A DNA stretch of 64,000 nucleotides, taken from assembly GCA_046563655.1 (NCBI GenBank), contig CM102285.1:9920001-9984000 (forward strand), given 5' to 3'. This stretch comes from Yuukianura sp. NJ FZ-2021 (taxonomy: Eukaryota). This document shows, one piece after another, positions 24,638 to 39,300 of the stretch. Position 1 is the stretch's first letter. Each line of letters opens with the position of its first letter. The translations under genes and the position numbers were made by a program. The notes under the pieces are model-generated. The model was given only the letters and a program-made list of their open reading frames with translations. It was not told the origin of the DNA and ran no database searches.

Positions 24638-27497
24638 TTATTTCCCATGCTTTGCACAACAAAACTTGGTCCCACCGGCGTTGTAAACACGAGCATGTTT
24701 TGTTAGGAGGCTACTTGCACTTTGGACAGACACAGAAACGTTTTCTAGGTACGGCATAATGTCATCCAGCTTCCACTTGGACTTGGCAGCAAATAGAGCC
24801 TGGAATCGCTCAGGAACAGATTCTGGCAAAGTGCTTTCTGGAAAATACCATATCATGAGTGGAGACCCTTCAGTAGCATCCGTGACTGCCAAGCCTTCTA
24901 GGTGCTTCAAATTGACTTTCAGACCTACAACGTAACACAAAACGAAAATAGGAATTCCGAGTAAATGTGAATAAGACGGCAACAAAAGATCATAAAAGTT
25001 GAAGCAGGGCGTAAATCTTTGACGATCTGGAGCGAACGGGGAGAGCAAAGCAAAGTCAGTGTCTAGTGTCTCAGTGTTACTTATTACTGTAACCATCGCA
25101 CTCAAACTGGAGAGTATTTTATTGAATAAAAGCAAAGTTTCAGAACAGCGCATCTATGAAAAGTGAAAGTGAAGAAAGTTCTAACAAGGAAGCACTCCAG
25201 CAGCGAAGTTGGATCAAGAGACAAGCGTTTAGCAATAAAAGCTGACTAGAATACTTACCGCGTGGAACACTTTCACCCCAAGCCAGAACAAAATCGGAGA
25301 AAGTGAACTTCCCTCCTGCCTTCAGAATTGTCACGCCGAGGAATCTGCTGATCTCGAACTCGTTCATCTCATACAAAGCTGTGCCTAGTGAACAAGTTTA
25401 TAATTTAGACAGTGATTAAGGTTGATCTTTTACAATTTCTCTTTAGTTGGAAACCGAAATCGACATTTCTAATTACTTTTGAAAAACGATCGGAAGAACC
25501 TCAATATTTTTGCACTCTAAACTATTCCCGGAAATCATTTTACGGACCTTTTTGGCTAGATGCTGGTTGGTCGTGGTCGGAAGTCCCAGCATTTTTAGAC
25601 ACAAAGAACCATTGGAAAACTTTCTCCAGAACAAATTCTGGATGAAGTTCACTGAGATCACTCACGACAACGTCCTTCTGAATCTCCGTTGGGTTCCAGG
25701 AATATGATTCAACACAGTCCAAAACTTGTGACAATGTACGGAACAGGTAATCATCTCCGACCAATCGAATGTTCCCTGCAAAAAGAACCAGATATGCTAA
25801 CATTTTTATTTATACCTAGAACTGGAAACCTTAGGCAATGTAAAAAAAATATCATTGCTTGGAAATTGTGGACATGAGAAGCTAGAACGAAGCCTTAAGG
25901 GGTAACGATTTCCAGAACTAAAACCAATATCAGTGCGGATTATTTACGAACCATCAATCTCAAACGTCCTCAGGTTGCGAGTAATGTGATCACGCAGTTC
26001 CATTTCACTGCATGGAATTCGATCCAGCAGTGTCTCGAATGTTACAAAGTCTTTTTTGACGGTTTCGTTTTCATCAATCTAGACAAAAAAACAAGTCCGA
26101 ATAAAACATTGCCATTAAGAAAATGTCAACGACCGTTGAGCGAGCAATCATGGAACAGTAGATTACTTCAATTTCATCAAATGCCAACTAATATTTTCAA
26201 CTTAATTGAAAAGTTCAATTCAATTTTCCTGTTCACGACGGGGCTTCTCCGCAGCATGATTCGCGATTCAATCATTTTCATTTGTAATACTACAACAACT
26301 ACTGTAGTCTTTTTTTAAACTTTTGTTTCAGCGATACAGTATAATAGTGAACACAAGGAATTGCCTTGATCATGATTTTTTATACCTCAGGATCTTCCTC
26401 TGTTGGACCATTGTACGACGTCGTTTCCAGAATTCCTTTAATTCTAGACAGGTTTGGCTTAATTTTGGTGAGTTCGTAGTAAGAGTGGGCTATGTGCAGA
26501 ATCTAAAGCATCAATTAAACATCAATTAACTCAGCTTGACCCTCTCAAGGACATAGTCTTTCGCTTCGTTAGGAACAGAATGTGTTTAGAAATCCGGAAT
26601 CAAATGACAGACACTTGAGTACTACATCCGTAAGCTCCCTGATCCCGCAATACAATCCAAGTTGACACCCACGTGAAGGTGAAATACTAGAAACACTCAC
26701 AGGTCTCTTTCCAACAAATTGATTTCTGCCATCGTTGGTGAGCTGTGGTTGAACCCTTAATGCTGGATCAGAGCCTTCCGCTTCTTCGTCATCAATTACC
26801 ATCGGGTCTGGTTCAGGTTGCAATGACAAACTGTCCAACTTCGCCATATCCTCTGGGAAAGATAATTGCTTAAAAATCAATATCGAGTTAGATGTTTCCA
26901 CATTCTTCATCTCGAAACTGGAATTATCTGTGCACAGAACAGCATAGTCATCCTCTTCCCCTCGTATTACTAACCTAAAGAAGAAAACAAATGATACAGG
27001 TTAAATTCAAAATCAACGTATTTGCTTCTCGTTAAAGTGAAAACAGTTTAATTTGAAATTCAATATGCACAATTACAAAATGTATGAACTACGGACAAAT
27101 AATGCTAAAAAGGAAACACGAACCTGTCTCCGACCTTAATCGCATTTTCCACTTCCTTATTGAGTTCAAGTAACCGTAAATCGGATCCAGCGAACTCCTC
27201 CCCAAAAGTAATTTCCTGGTTAATCAAATACGAATCTTATAGAAAACCTAGAATAAATGAAACCTAGATCATGTAAACGTAAAGTTCTTTCGTTGTCCAT
27301 CGTCTGATACACTTTTCAGCAATTCATCGACGTCTTTCTACACTTATAAAACATGATGACATGACAAATGAAACCCTGACTGGGACTATCATTCTGAATT
27401 AGGTGTTACTCACCTGGCTTAATGGTAAAAGTTCATCCAATGACAATTTTGCACTTTTCAGGATTCCAGTAATTTCTTCAATGCTGCGGCTACACAT
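24638..27497 (-). CDS. DSCC1: Sister chromatid cohesion protein DCC1 (CTF18-RFC subunit), ~444 aa
   Basis: Exons 27497-27414, 27215-27124, 26974-26701, 26502-26386, 26078-25952, 25775-25548, 25384-25259 and 24924-24638 splice in frame. Motifs: AKLSLDELLP, LRLLEL, LVIRGEEDDYAVLCT..FEMKNVETSNSIL, WGESVP, LPESVPERFQALFAAKSKW..DIMPYL and LLTKHAR. Confidence 0.92.
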
Positions 27498-27815
27498 GAT
27501 GAAGTTATTTGGTAAGATCCCGAAAGTAGTTTGTAGTAGTAGTGTGTGGTTCTTCCAAAATCTGTAAAATTAACATAAAACACAATTAATTACAGACAAT
27601 TAAATTTCTCCAGATGACTCCATCCAGAAAGAATTTCGCTGAGGTGTCAATAAAAACTTGAAAATGACGCAAATGGAAATGAAATGACAAAAAATCAAAA
27701 CAGCACAAAAAAAACGTGCACTTTCGATATGCGCTTGCGTGCGGTCGTAATTCATAAATCGTATGAATGGAAGCGTAACATTCCATATTAAAAATTCCAC
27801 AACTGGTGTAAGTGG

Positions 27816-27931
27816 TTTTTATCAATGAACTTACGTTTATGAATGAACGAAAAATGGAAGAGCACATTAATCGAAACGGTATTTTTATGAATGAACTTAA
27901 GTTTTATGAATGAGCGTAAAATAAAAGCGTC
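27816..27931. repeat. Imperfect ~66-bp-period direct repeat (2 copies) upstream of DSCC1
   Basis: tttttatcaatgaacttacgtttatgaatgaacgaaaaatggaagagc versus tttttatgaatgaacttaagttttatgaatgagcgtaaaataaaagc. Confidence 0.6.
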
Positions 27932-30390
27932 CGCTGACGCGACGACGTAAACCACCCCTTAATTCGCCGTTACATTTACCGAAACTTATTAAATGATTCT
28001 GTTATTCACCAGGTACATTTAACCAAACTGCTTGTACCACCTAACTGTTAAGAGGTTCGTTAGTTCGTGTTCACTTGTCAAACAATTAATTAAGTTAATT
28101 AAAATCGGTGTAGAAAGAGAACGTTTTCTTAAATTTCAGAATTTCACAACAACCCTGCACAGCACACGTAACTTAAAATTAAACAAAACCCAGGGATGAT
28201 ATTTGGCGGTTTTCTAACCCGCGTTGAGTCGGGCATCTCAATAACACAGTTGGTTATGGGCTTCGCTGTATCCAAATTCAATTCAATAAGTAAAATTTAA
28301 GTAATTAACGTGATGTGATTGTATCTTAACAAACAAAGAAATCTAATTAAACAATGCATGTGGATTAAGCCACAATAACATGTCCATTGTCCAATATGTT
28401 TTGTCAGTGGAATTGCTACGTTAAATTATTTGTGTTCAACATATATTTTGGAGTATTTAACTTTTTTGTATAATGATAATTTTTCTGTAGAACTAGTTCC
28501 AGCGAATTGCAAACAAGAAATTACTATCCGGAGGGTCGAAGGTCATGCTGAAAAGGTTTTTTACATATATGACTGGAGAAATCAATGTAAACGAATTTAA
28601 GTAGTTTATGAATTTTTCCGTCAAAAATAAATCCTATTAAGATTACACAAGGGAGAAAAGTTTATGAGAAGAGAAAGTTGAATGAAGGGGTTGGAACGCA
28701 AATCTGAAAAAAAACATGTTTGGCTAGCTTCTCAAATTCTATTTTTAATTCGAATAAGAATGACAGCCTGTCATAAAAACTCATGCAAGTCAAAGCGGAA
28801 GAGGCTGAAAGTAAGAAAAATTGCAGCGGGTAAAACTCCCTTGTGGAATAAATTTAAATCCTATTATTACGGAAAAATTGGCAGAAAAATGAGGTAGGGG
28901 TGGATGGAGGAGAGATCTCTTTCCTTAATCCAGTTTCATCATCTCCAAGGATTCCAAAAGGATTCTACCCGCTTCCACCATATAATATTTTTATGAGAAT
29001 GTCAAACTTTGTGCATTAGACAATCTTACTTACGTGGGATGCGCCTTCCAGAACCACTGTTTCCTTCCTCGGAAGCTTTCTACGCTCCTAATGGAGGAAG
29101 AGGGTAAGTTTTTTTTTTGAATTTTGGGTGAAATGAATTGATCCGTGTAGGACTGAAGTAAAACTTGTGCCAGTGCTCTTCTGGAACCTCCAATGCGGAA
29201 GAACCCTCCTCGTGCCCTGGTATTGTATGGTATCCGAAGGCTAAAAACCGATTTTCTGTGGATCTGTATGTGCCCTTCTTACCATCTAAAAGGAAAACCC
29301 TCCCTTCCATTTTCGAATCCCGCTTTTTGAAAAGAACTTTTCATCCCCCTCAAAGCCTAAGCTCAGTTTCCCTCGGAAGTTGTGAACAGAAAGGTTATGT
29401 GGTGGTGGTAGAAACAACCACTGGCCTCACAGTGTCTTCAATTCCTTGAATTTTGTAACTAAGTTGTGACAGTGAAAAGCAATAAGAGACACGAGGAGCA
29501 GACGAAGACATTCCGCCTGGTGAAAGTTAAATATCGACTTTTTAAACAGGCTGGCTTTCTCCCAAGGCGTTCCTCTTTCTCTTGGTTCTGGTTCCTTTTC
29601 AACTGGAATTAATCTAAATTCGGGTTTCGGTTTCCCTCGAACCAATTCCTATCATGTGACAAGTCTATCCTCAAAATTCCAATTTCAATACAATTCAGCT
29701 TTCTCTAGCTCAGAAAACTTTCTTTTGCCCTCCGCGCCTTAGCAGCAGTTGAACAAATTGTTTCAAGGCTTTCGTGTTCTTTCGGTGTGTCATGTTACAG
29801 AGTTAGAACAATCTATAGCTCCAAGTAACCAATCTACTCATGCTGTAATACTTTAATCTTCTACTACTATTAAAAAAACATGAAGTTCGACGAAGCCTAA
29901 ATTTCAAAATTGAAGTTGGAGTGCCTTGACATTCAAGTTTGTTTATACGGATTCAAGAGACAGATTGGTTCCTTTCACGTTCAACATCAAAACAAACTCG
30001 TTCAATACTTAACTATGGTAAAAACTAAACGTAGAATGGTAAATTATTGACACAGTGAGAGAGATCTTGGCGAGTACTCAGCCTCCCACTTCATCTTCAT
30101 TTTCTTGCTCTGCCTAGAGCCAAGTGAAAGCCACAGTGAAAGTGAGCCATATCAAACTCCTGTCGGTCTATTGCTCTCTTTCGATTCCGCAGAAAATCCA
30201 TTTCGCAGCCCAAAGCCACCGGAATCTTCGTTCTTCCTGTCGGAGTTCTTTCATTTTCGTCCGGATGTGCTAGTGACTGGAACTCTTGGAGCCAAAGTTG
30301 ATGCTTAGCACTGGATGAGTCCCTGCCTCCCAAAACCCAAGTATTTTGGAGAAAGTGCTTAGAAATAATGGTTCAGCAGGTTCTTTGGAG

Positions 30391-33300
30391 ATGCCATTGT
30401 CTCCAGCACTCCGGCCCCTTCTAGCTCTCCTTCTTCTTCTCCTAATCCTAGAAATCAAGCCTCAGTTTGGTAAGTTTAAGGCTGAAAATGACATCAACTT
30501 TTGTTTTCTTCAAACTACTACGATTGTTCTTACTGGAAAGGACTTCATCGTTAGGGTGTTTGTAGTGTGTGCTTTTTCGGAAGATGACACGCAGTTACGA
30601 AGTTTCTTCCTAATGAAGTCCCTTGTTTGTTCCTAAATGTTAGTAAGAAACTTGTTGAAACTAGTTCAACTATCAAAATTGTATAGTATTTGATGGAAAA
30701 AAAAAGATGTGGGTATGTACTAAATTGCTGTTGGGAATTTTCTTTGAGGTGATGCTGAGAATTGTGAAAGTTTTGTTTTAATTTATCCCTGTTGAGGTGT
30801 TAAAAACTAAAGTTTTGTAAGATTATTTTTAGCAACTGCTTCGCGTTTAGGTTTTCGTCACCTCGAAAAAAGTTTTGGAACTCATTAATTTTCAGAACTA
30901 GGAATTGACTTTAGAAGTTTAGAATTGACTTTAGGAGCCTGCTTAAAGAGTTGCCTTTACAAGAATTGCTCTAGCTGTAGATTTTTCGCACGAGGGATTA
31001 ACAATCTTGAAAACGAATCTGAAGATTTTTTTTTTATAACAACCGAAGAAGAATAACGTAACTTAAGAGACTGACTTTTTTTTAGTTGTGAAGGAATTGG
31101 AAGCTTGCTGTCACCATTACATCCAGTTGAAGTGCAAAAGCACTGAAAAAATTGCCATTATTCAAAGTCGATACGTCTTGAGTCCCAGTGCACCGAGGGC
31201 AGATCCTTCCAGTTCCAGTGGAATTCCAGTCGCATCCAGAATCAAGGACTGGAACACGACGCAGTCAAATCACTCCGCAAATCCATACTTATCGTAAGAC
31301 CCTCTCAAATCAAATAACACAATCGAAAATATTAAAGATTTCTTTCGAAAATCCGTTAGGCTATGGGACATGGATGTGAAATTTAGTCATGACCTAAGCC
31401 ATTCACCAATGAAACACGACTACTCCAGGCTAAATACTCCAGAATGGGCAGTGGCCCACCGACCAGAACGTAGACCCCATAGCTACACTCCATCAGATCC
31501 CCTCCAGAACGGCCTAAGGTTTACTACTCAGCGTGTCCTTGAAATGCCTCCGTATGAAGAGAAAGCAGTTCTGGACAAGGATACTGTATGGACTCAACCT
31601 CTGTTCTCAGTGATTTCGGATGACAGTGAAATCAGTACTAGAAGAAGCGTTGGAGGCAGTTTAAGTGCAATTAGTGGCAGAGGTCATGCAGCTAGCCTGC
31701 CTAATATGCGACGTGCTGGAATTGGTCGCAGTCAGCCTAAAACGAAAGATCCAGTGTCATGTTGGCCTTACGAAAACTTGGAAGAGTCAAGTCCAGAAGA
31801 CTTCTTCGAAGTCAATGCTGCGAGAGAGCGGGGGAAGAGAAGGAGATTGCCCAGGCCCCAGTGGCACTACAAAGACCTCCGACCTGTCTTCAATAAAAGG
31901 TCAGTCCAAAATCTTCTTATTTTTTGTTTTGGTCACGTTTTGTCATTTTCAACGCATTTTTCAAATATAATCCCTTAAGTCCAGACTAATGATGCAGGGA
32001 GCACAAAAAGCGCCATAAATTGTTGTTGAACTAAAAATGTCAACTAAAGGCAAAACAATTTTTGATCTCTTTGAATCGGGGCCTATTTTCTATAATATTA
32101 GTTCCCAGGTTTACAATCCATTCGCTCATTTCTGGTTTTTGAAACTTTGTAGTTTTGAGCATTTGGGAGAGAAAGCTCTTTTCGTTAAAAAGAAAGTGTT
32201 GCACTTGAGCTTTGTGAAGACCTTGTAACCATCTCGTTAACTGCAATCTGTCATGGTTGAATTGAGAAGCCGATTAAAATGGCCACTGAAGTTTCAACTT
32301 CAAAAGACTTGTCTTTTGTACTCAACTGAGTTGCCAGAACCTCAAACGATTCACTAATGAATGCAAGTGCATAACTCTCCAAACTTGAAAAATTAGACTT
32401 TGGCAGCAAACGGGACTTTGAAGTTGGCCTAATTTGAAATTAAATTGGCTTCTTTCTGCAGTTTTCTCTTCAACTTTGACACATTGCAACTTCTCCGGGT
32501 TCAGTTAAGTTGTTAAGTCTAAATTAAAAGTTTCAATGCCGAAATGTGGCTAATAGTAAGCAACGGAAGAGGGATTTGGTTTTCGTTTTAAATTAGTCAC
32601 CAGTTGTTCTATTGTTAATTGTAGTTTTGAATTTATTGTTAGTCCTGATGCGTGGCTTGATAAACAATCAAAAGGCCTCATCTCCCCTTCCTTTCTCCTG
32701 CTGCAGCGAGATTTCAAAGTTTCCATTCAGATCATTTTGTGATCCCTTGAGCTAAAGGGCTCTCTTCCTGAACTACTGGATTCATTTGCAGCCCTTTTGT
32801 GGCTTTTGTGAACCAAGACTAAGGGTCTCTCCTCGACCTCCATTGTCCCTCCATAGAGAATATGATGGGAATCATAATGGAAGCGCAGGTCGTAACGTTT
32901 TTTCATGCATTTGTTAGTAAAAATGAAGTACAGGGTTCCCTTCCACAGCATCCAGACAGATCTTCGCTGAAAGGAAATGAAAGGGAGAACGGAAAAATTA
33001 ATATGTTATAATTTTCGTATTTCCCTTGGGTATCATATTAACAAAATTATTCACTTTTAGATTACGATATAAACGCAGACTAGTACGATCATTTTCAGCA
33101 AAGAATTGGACCAAAGAAGAGTCCAATCCTAATCCTAGTCGTGAGAGAAAACGTGCCAGGGTGAAGCAATCTTTTCGTAATTTTTGCAAAGCTTGTCTTT
33201 TTTGCACAATAGACTGCTCACAATGGCCTTTCAAAGTCATAACATTTTCTCCATTGAAAGCGACGTTTGTCAAAAATCGGATATGGCTGACTCATCGTCG

Positions 33301-36300
33301 TCAGCTCGATTGTGCAACCAAGCCGAAACGTAACGGACGACATAGCGTTAGTAGAACCTTGGGTTAAACTTTTCAGATGATTTAAAAGAGTTTCCGTTCA
33401 GCTCACACGAGCCCTAGAGTGAAATTTATGCAAAATATAAATACAATTTTGGTGCGTAAGCGTCTGTCGGATGTGGGATTGGAAAACACGGAGAAAGCAT
33501 TTCGCGGATGATCAAGCATGAAAAACTTTGAATTTTTAAATTTTCCTTTTTTCCAGAACCATTTCCATCCCAATTTCCCTTCTAGTACCAGCACTGTTGT
33601 ACTATAATGCTGTCACAATCTCCTAGTACGAATGTATTTAGCATTGTGATGTAATCATCCATTAACCGATGTTAGTCAAGTACGTTTATTATTTTAAGAA
33701 GACTTCTTTGGAAACTGAAAGTAAAAGTGCAAGTGAAAGTGGAGCAGGATTCTAGTTAAGTTAGGTTGGATTCTAATCCTCCAAAACCGCATCGTTTCTG
33801 TACTTGTAGTTGTTCCTACTTCAATTAACAATGATTTATGAAGACATTGCTCTAACCACCAAATCTTCCACGTGGAAATGCTTTTTCCGTATAATTTCTA
33901 GGACCCTAAAGTAAAGTAAAGTTATAAAGTTAGGAAGCAGAGAGGACTTAAGTGCACACACAAAGATTGTGTCCCTCTGCTTTCTTTCTCTCTAATGCTC
34001 AAGAGAATTCCAAAAAGTTATGGAAGCATGGGTTTACGAATTTAAAATTCTAGAATTTCCTCTAAAACCACACCACCACAAAGCATCCAGGCGAGGTTCA
34101 ATTCATTTCCAAAGAAGCGTCCTTAGATAAATCAAGAGGTCCGTGGCATATCAAGCCTCCATCTCACTGTTAAGTACTATACCTAAAGGTGAAGTGCCAC
34201 TTTTCCATTTCTGTTTCAAAATATTCTTGAAAATCTTTCAAAATGCTATTCAAGCAAGTATATATACATTTTCAAATTTTGGTTTGGAATTGGGATTGAC
34301 TCATCTCATGCTTCTGAATGGGTGAATGAGTAGTATGATATATGATGGGTTTGTCATTTCAAGAGAATTGGCACTGACGGAATGGCTTTCTCAAATACGA
34401 CACGTTACAAATAACGTGTCCCTGATGCTAAAGTGCTGACATTGACTATATGTTAAAAGAAAATTTGAAGACGACAGAATGTTTAATGGTTTCAGATGCA
34501 GTGGAAGATCCGAATGTGTTGTCAACCTCTTGCGGAATACACTAAGGGATCAAGACCTTACGAGCGTCTGTCAAAAGTGGCCAGAAGGACGGATCCTTGT
34601 CAAATATTTATGCTTCAGTTCCTCCTCCGGTGAGTTCTGCCTTAACTTAGCAGAGAAAGTACTGTGTTGACATATGGGATCAAGGCGTCAAAGTCGGTTT
34701 AACTTTGTCACTAACTTTCAAAAATTTGGGGCTTCATGGAAAAATGTTTCTCAGAATTAAAGAACAGGAACACTGTCACGGCCATGTGAACACAACACGC
34801 ATTGTAACTCGGGCCATGTCAGCACAACACAGTGTAATTGGCCAAATTCTGGAGAAAGTGAAATCATAATATGAGCCTTAGGAGAACTAATTACACTAAT
34901 AATGCCGCCTACTACTCAGAGACTAATATTGCCGTTTCACAGGGTTTCGAATTTCATTAAAAATAGCTTCAAAGCAGTCAAAATGAACCTAGTCTGAAAC
35001 GGCTTTAGAACATGAACTCATCAAAGAAGCTTCAACTAGAGAAGAAAAAAGCAAAAACGGTGGTATAAGAACCTTTTTCTCTGTAACTGAATTGAAAATC
35101 TACGATCAAATTACTACATAGTAATTCAATTTCTTTTGTAGAGGCTTCGAAATAAGACGTAGCACTTTCTTGAGAAAGTAGAGTGAAATGCACTAACTAC
35201 AAAAATTGAACAAGAGCATCCGATGCAATTTTGTTATGGCCAGTTTCCAGCGTTGGTCTCTCTCGTAGATGGTTCCCTTGATGCCATTAATATCTTGAAA
35301 TTGGAGGAGATTTATATCATTTTATCAATCGAAAGAGTGCCCTTAAAGTGCAGAAAAGAGGTCCCTCGTTGAGCATTTCCAATTCACTGTACCAAATCGA
35401 CTAACGGACAGTTATTGTTCCCCCAAGATACAAGGGAGCATCTTTTCAAAGGCAGTTGATGAAGAGCAGTGGGCATTCGTGTGCGTTTTGAAGAAGCTAA
35501 AAGCTAACACATTACGTTTGTCGGAAGAAAGTAGTGAAAGTTTCTTCCCTTTTGCTCCCGTGGGAAATCCAGTCCCTTTGGAAGAGAGTGGCGAAGACAC
35601 TCTGTTTCTGTCTCGCCCTTTAAACACAAGGCCAACTTTAAAATTTTCTTTTCAACAATTTGTAACTAAAGTCACGGAGTGTTCCCACTCACCGTCTTTA
35701 CTTTTTAGAAGTTTGTTGCCAAGTGTTAGCTTGACTTTGATATTTCTTGACAATTTACGGCAGTGCAACTTTGAAATGAATGGTATATACGCATTAGCTG
35801 AAATTTTTTTCACTGCAAAAGGAGAATTTTCCTTTAGGCCACCCACATTCTACATCAGGAGTCAGAAAATGAAGGCAACGCTTTCACCAGAAGTTGATTT
35901 TTAAATCGTGCTTTCACAGAAAATTGTTAATTAAAACCAAAAAGTAAAAGTATTGGCTGCATCTACTAAAGAACCAGCTTCGGCTATTGTATTAGATTTG
36001 AAAGCTTTGCAGACCAGTACCTGTAAAAGCCCGATTTCAAAATCAACTTCCGGTGAAAGCGTTCTCTATATCTGGATCGTTGTACAAAAAATAATTCTGT
36101 AACAGCTTTCAAAACTGAAATTTTTGATCACTTGCTGAGAATAATTAATTTCTTTGAGATGCAAACTTCTGTCTGAAAGTTCCTTAAATACATTTTCCGA
36201 GTGATATGTTTCTTGAGTGACAAATGAATTCGAAGAAGTCAGATATTCAGGAACAAGTTAAGGTTTTTGAATTTCGTGGAATTTCATTTCAACTTCGGCA

Positions 36301-39300
36301 CCTCTACCTACCGAAATTACTTAGAACCAACGTTCTACACTTCCAGTTCCTTTCTTCTTCAATTTTGCTAAAAAAGTTAATTAAAGTTCCTTTAGAAAAA
36401 GTTTATTCCAGAATCCTTCACACTGCTTTCGATCCGTCATGATGCTGATCTTCCATTTACAAGTAGTTTCTGAGGGAATGGCAAGGAAGTCAAGAATTGA
36501 CACTTGAGGTTGTTTGCGGAAAAACTTTCTCCCGCCACTCTCCCGTTACCACTTTGATCTGTTTGGCAGAATCAGAGTCAGTTTTCGTCTCAAAAGTTAA
36601 CTCAAATGTAACTCTTGTTCAGTTCAAACACAAGTTTCCAAGTTTCAGAAACTAAAGTTACTAACAGTACCAACGTCAGACTATTAACACCTTTTATGTA
36701 TAGCTAAAGTCACAAACGCTCAAGTTTTGCTCAACTAACTACGTCAATCCGCTTGACAAACTTTATTCTGCTGACCGAAATTTGACCCAGCCTGACCTTA
36801 TGGAGCTACAACGGTGGAATAATCTGCGCAGCTTCAGTGTTCAGTTTCTACTGTTCTTCAAGAAACTTGTCAACATTGCAAGGTTGCTTTTGGGCAAACT
36901 GGTAGACAGGTTTCTCCAGCATCAACGACGGTTTATCCGTCCAAGTAAGAAAAAAACGTTAGCTGAAAACTGTCCCGACTAGGTTAAGTTAGGCTGTCAC
37001 GGTCAGGGTGCAAAGAGTGAAAGTTATCGGAAATGGCGTATGATTAGGGTAGTAATAGAAGTGTCTAACACTGTCTCCGTGTTTCCGGAGCATGTCATCT
37101 GCTCGTTAGTGTCAAAATTCAAAGTTGTAAACAAACCTCGTCGTTCGTCGTTAGTCATGCCGGCACCAGTGTGACTTATGTTGTTAACGCAAGAAATAAG
37201 ACGCGGACGGGTAAACTTAATTCGTTAGTTGAAACTAATTTTGTCGGCGCATGCTAGAAATTCATTAGTTTTCAGTCCGGAACAAGCAAGACCTTGGCGT
37301 AGTCAGAAATTAAAAATAGTCCCAAGTACTCTGAGTAAAAATTGTTGAGACGTGGTGAAGAGTAGTGAAAGTTGGGTTGGGACGGCGAGAAACAAAGCTA
37401 ATATTAATAATAATTTGAAGTCCCAAATAGGATTTTTATACCAAAACGAGGCATGCTTTTGCTTATGCAAAGTTGCGACTGCGAGTATGTTTATTAAAAT
37501 TTACGAAGTTAAACGGAAATTTACGCAAACACTTCCAGCTTAGATACTAGTTTCAATAGGCTTTAGGTTGCCAGCCAGTGAGTAGCTGCGAATGCTCTCT
37601 CAGGACTTTAAATTATGTGAAATGTGAAGATGATTTTGGCCAAAGCAGCTAAAAAGATGATTCCACTGCGGCTTTTCAAAATTGTTTTAATTAGTATAGG
37701 GAGCTTTTTCATTTTCTGCTAATCTGTTAAGGACTTTCTCTTGTCTTGAATTTTTGAAATGAAATCTTCTTGTCCCCAAGGACATCCAGCACGTTCCAAC
37801 TTAAAGCTTTAAGTTTCACTTTCAGTTCAGGTTAGCTTTTGTCTAGTTGGTATTCAATTTCAACCGAAACACCAAAATTCACAAATCAAAAGGAATTATA
37901 AAATTTTAGTGTTATTGACAAATTTGGATAGGGACTAAAACACCAACTGACAAAATATCCTAAATGTAATTACCAAAATGGAGTTTGATTTATGGTAAAA
38001 GCATGAAAAACTACTTTTTTGTTTCCTGATTTCCGTTTCAAAGGCTCAAATAAACGCGATGGGTCTTCAGCACGGTTCAAGCAGAGTCTGTTCAGAACAG
38101 GATTATTTTCTAAAACAGAGTGTTGACCATCTGCCTAGAACCACAGGTCGTCTCATCCATTACTCCCTTCGATTTACTATTCCTACTGTAGTTTTTGAAA
38201 TTACTCTATCCGGATCAAATCGTATTTGAACTGAAAATAAAATACAAGTGAAAGCAAATGGTAATAGGCAGAAGGGGACTTATTCCCAAATGGTCTCAAA
38301 ACACGAAGGGCTCCTATGTCATATGTTTTCACTAGCGAAGGGTCCCCTCTTTTCAAATAAAAACAAAAACAGATTTCCCCAGGATGCTCCACTTTTCTCT
38401 ACCTCAAAAATTTTCCCCTGCGGGGTACGAACCAAGCGATTTGTTGACTAACTTTTTTCAATTCAATCATTGTCAGAACAGTGCATCTACTTTTTCCAAC
38501 ATTTTCAATTTATAGTATTGCGGAAAAAGTGAAATCAGAGTCACGCTTTTCAAAAAACAGAACGAAGTATTGGAGAGTTATATAGGTTAGAAAGAAAAAA
38601 AATCAAAAAGCAATATTCTTATCCATATTCGTCCCAACTGCATCCTCCATTTCCATTTCAGTATTGTAAACCCAAAAACGTCAGGGCTGTGACAAATGTG
38701 AAATGTTTCAGCCTTCAGGACGTGGTGATTTGGAAAGTTAGAGAAAGGCATGAAATTAGTTTCAGCTGAAAATAATGGCAAAACCTTTGTTACTTTCACA
38801 TTACATGGTAAACAACAGCAAGTTGTTACTGAAGGTTATGTTGGCAAAACAGGATTTTCTTCTGTGTTGTGTAACATTGAGCTCAAATCCGGCTAATGAA
38901 AAAGATCAAAAGCATCGGGATTATATTTTCCTTTGTTGTTTGTTTCACAGGCGATGTCCATTCAAAATGTAACGAAGATATAGGTGAATCTGGAGAAGGT
39001 TTTATTCTGAATCCAGGTTACCCGGATGTGTATGTGGGTGACAATCCTTGTCAGTGGAGGCTTTCTCTTCCAGAACCAAAACAAAAGCTCCTTCTTTTGT
39101 TCCTCGACATTTCACTACGTGGTAAGAAAAAGCTTCGGTTTTTCACTATAGTGTAAGTACTTAAGGGAAAGGGAAAGCATACAGTTTCTAAGTGTCACGT
39201 CACTTCCAACGATAACGAATATAAAGTAAAATACATTGTATGAATTTCTGTCACGGTCTACCGCTACATGTTTTGTCGTTATAAACACTTCCAAAGTCTT

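Noticed and set aside
29039..29645. Several short overlapping ORFs and splice-like signals between DSCC1 and the lectin-CUB gene
   Set aside because: No coherent gene model or recognisable protein on either strand.
33026..33367. 113-aa Arg-rich ORF with an acceptor at 33060 inside the lectin-CUB gene
   Set aside because: The entry phase fits, but no phase-compatible donor was found and it would interrupt the NKR/CSG lectin junction. At most it is an unproven alternative terminal exon.
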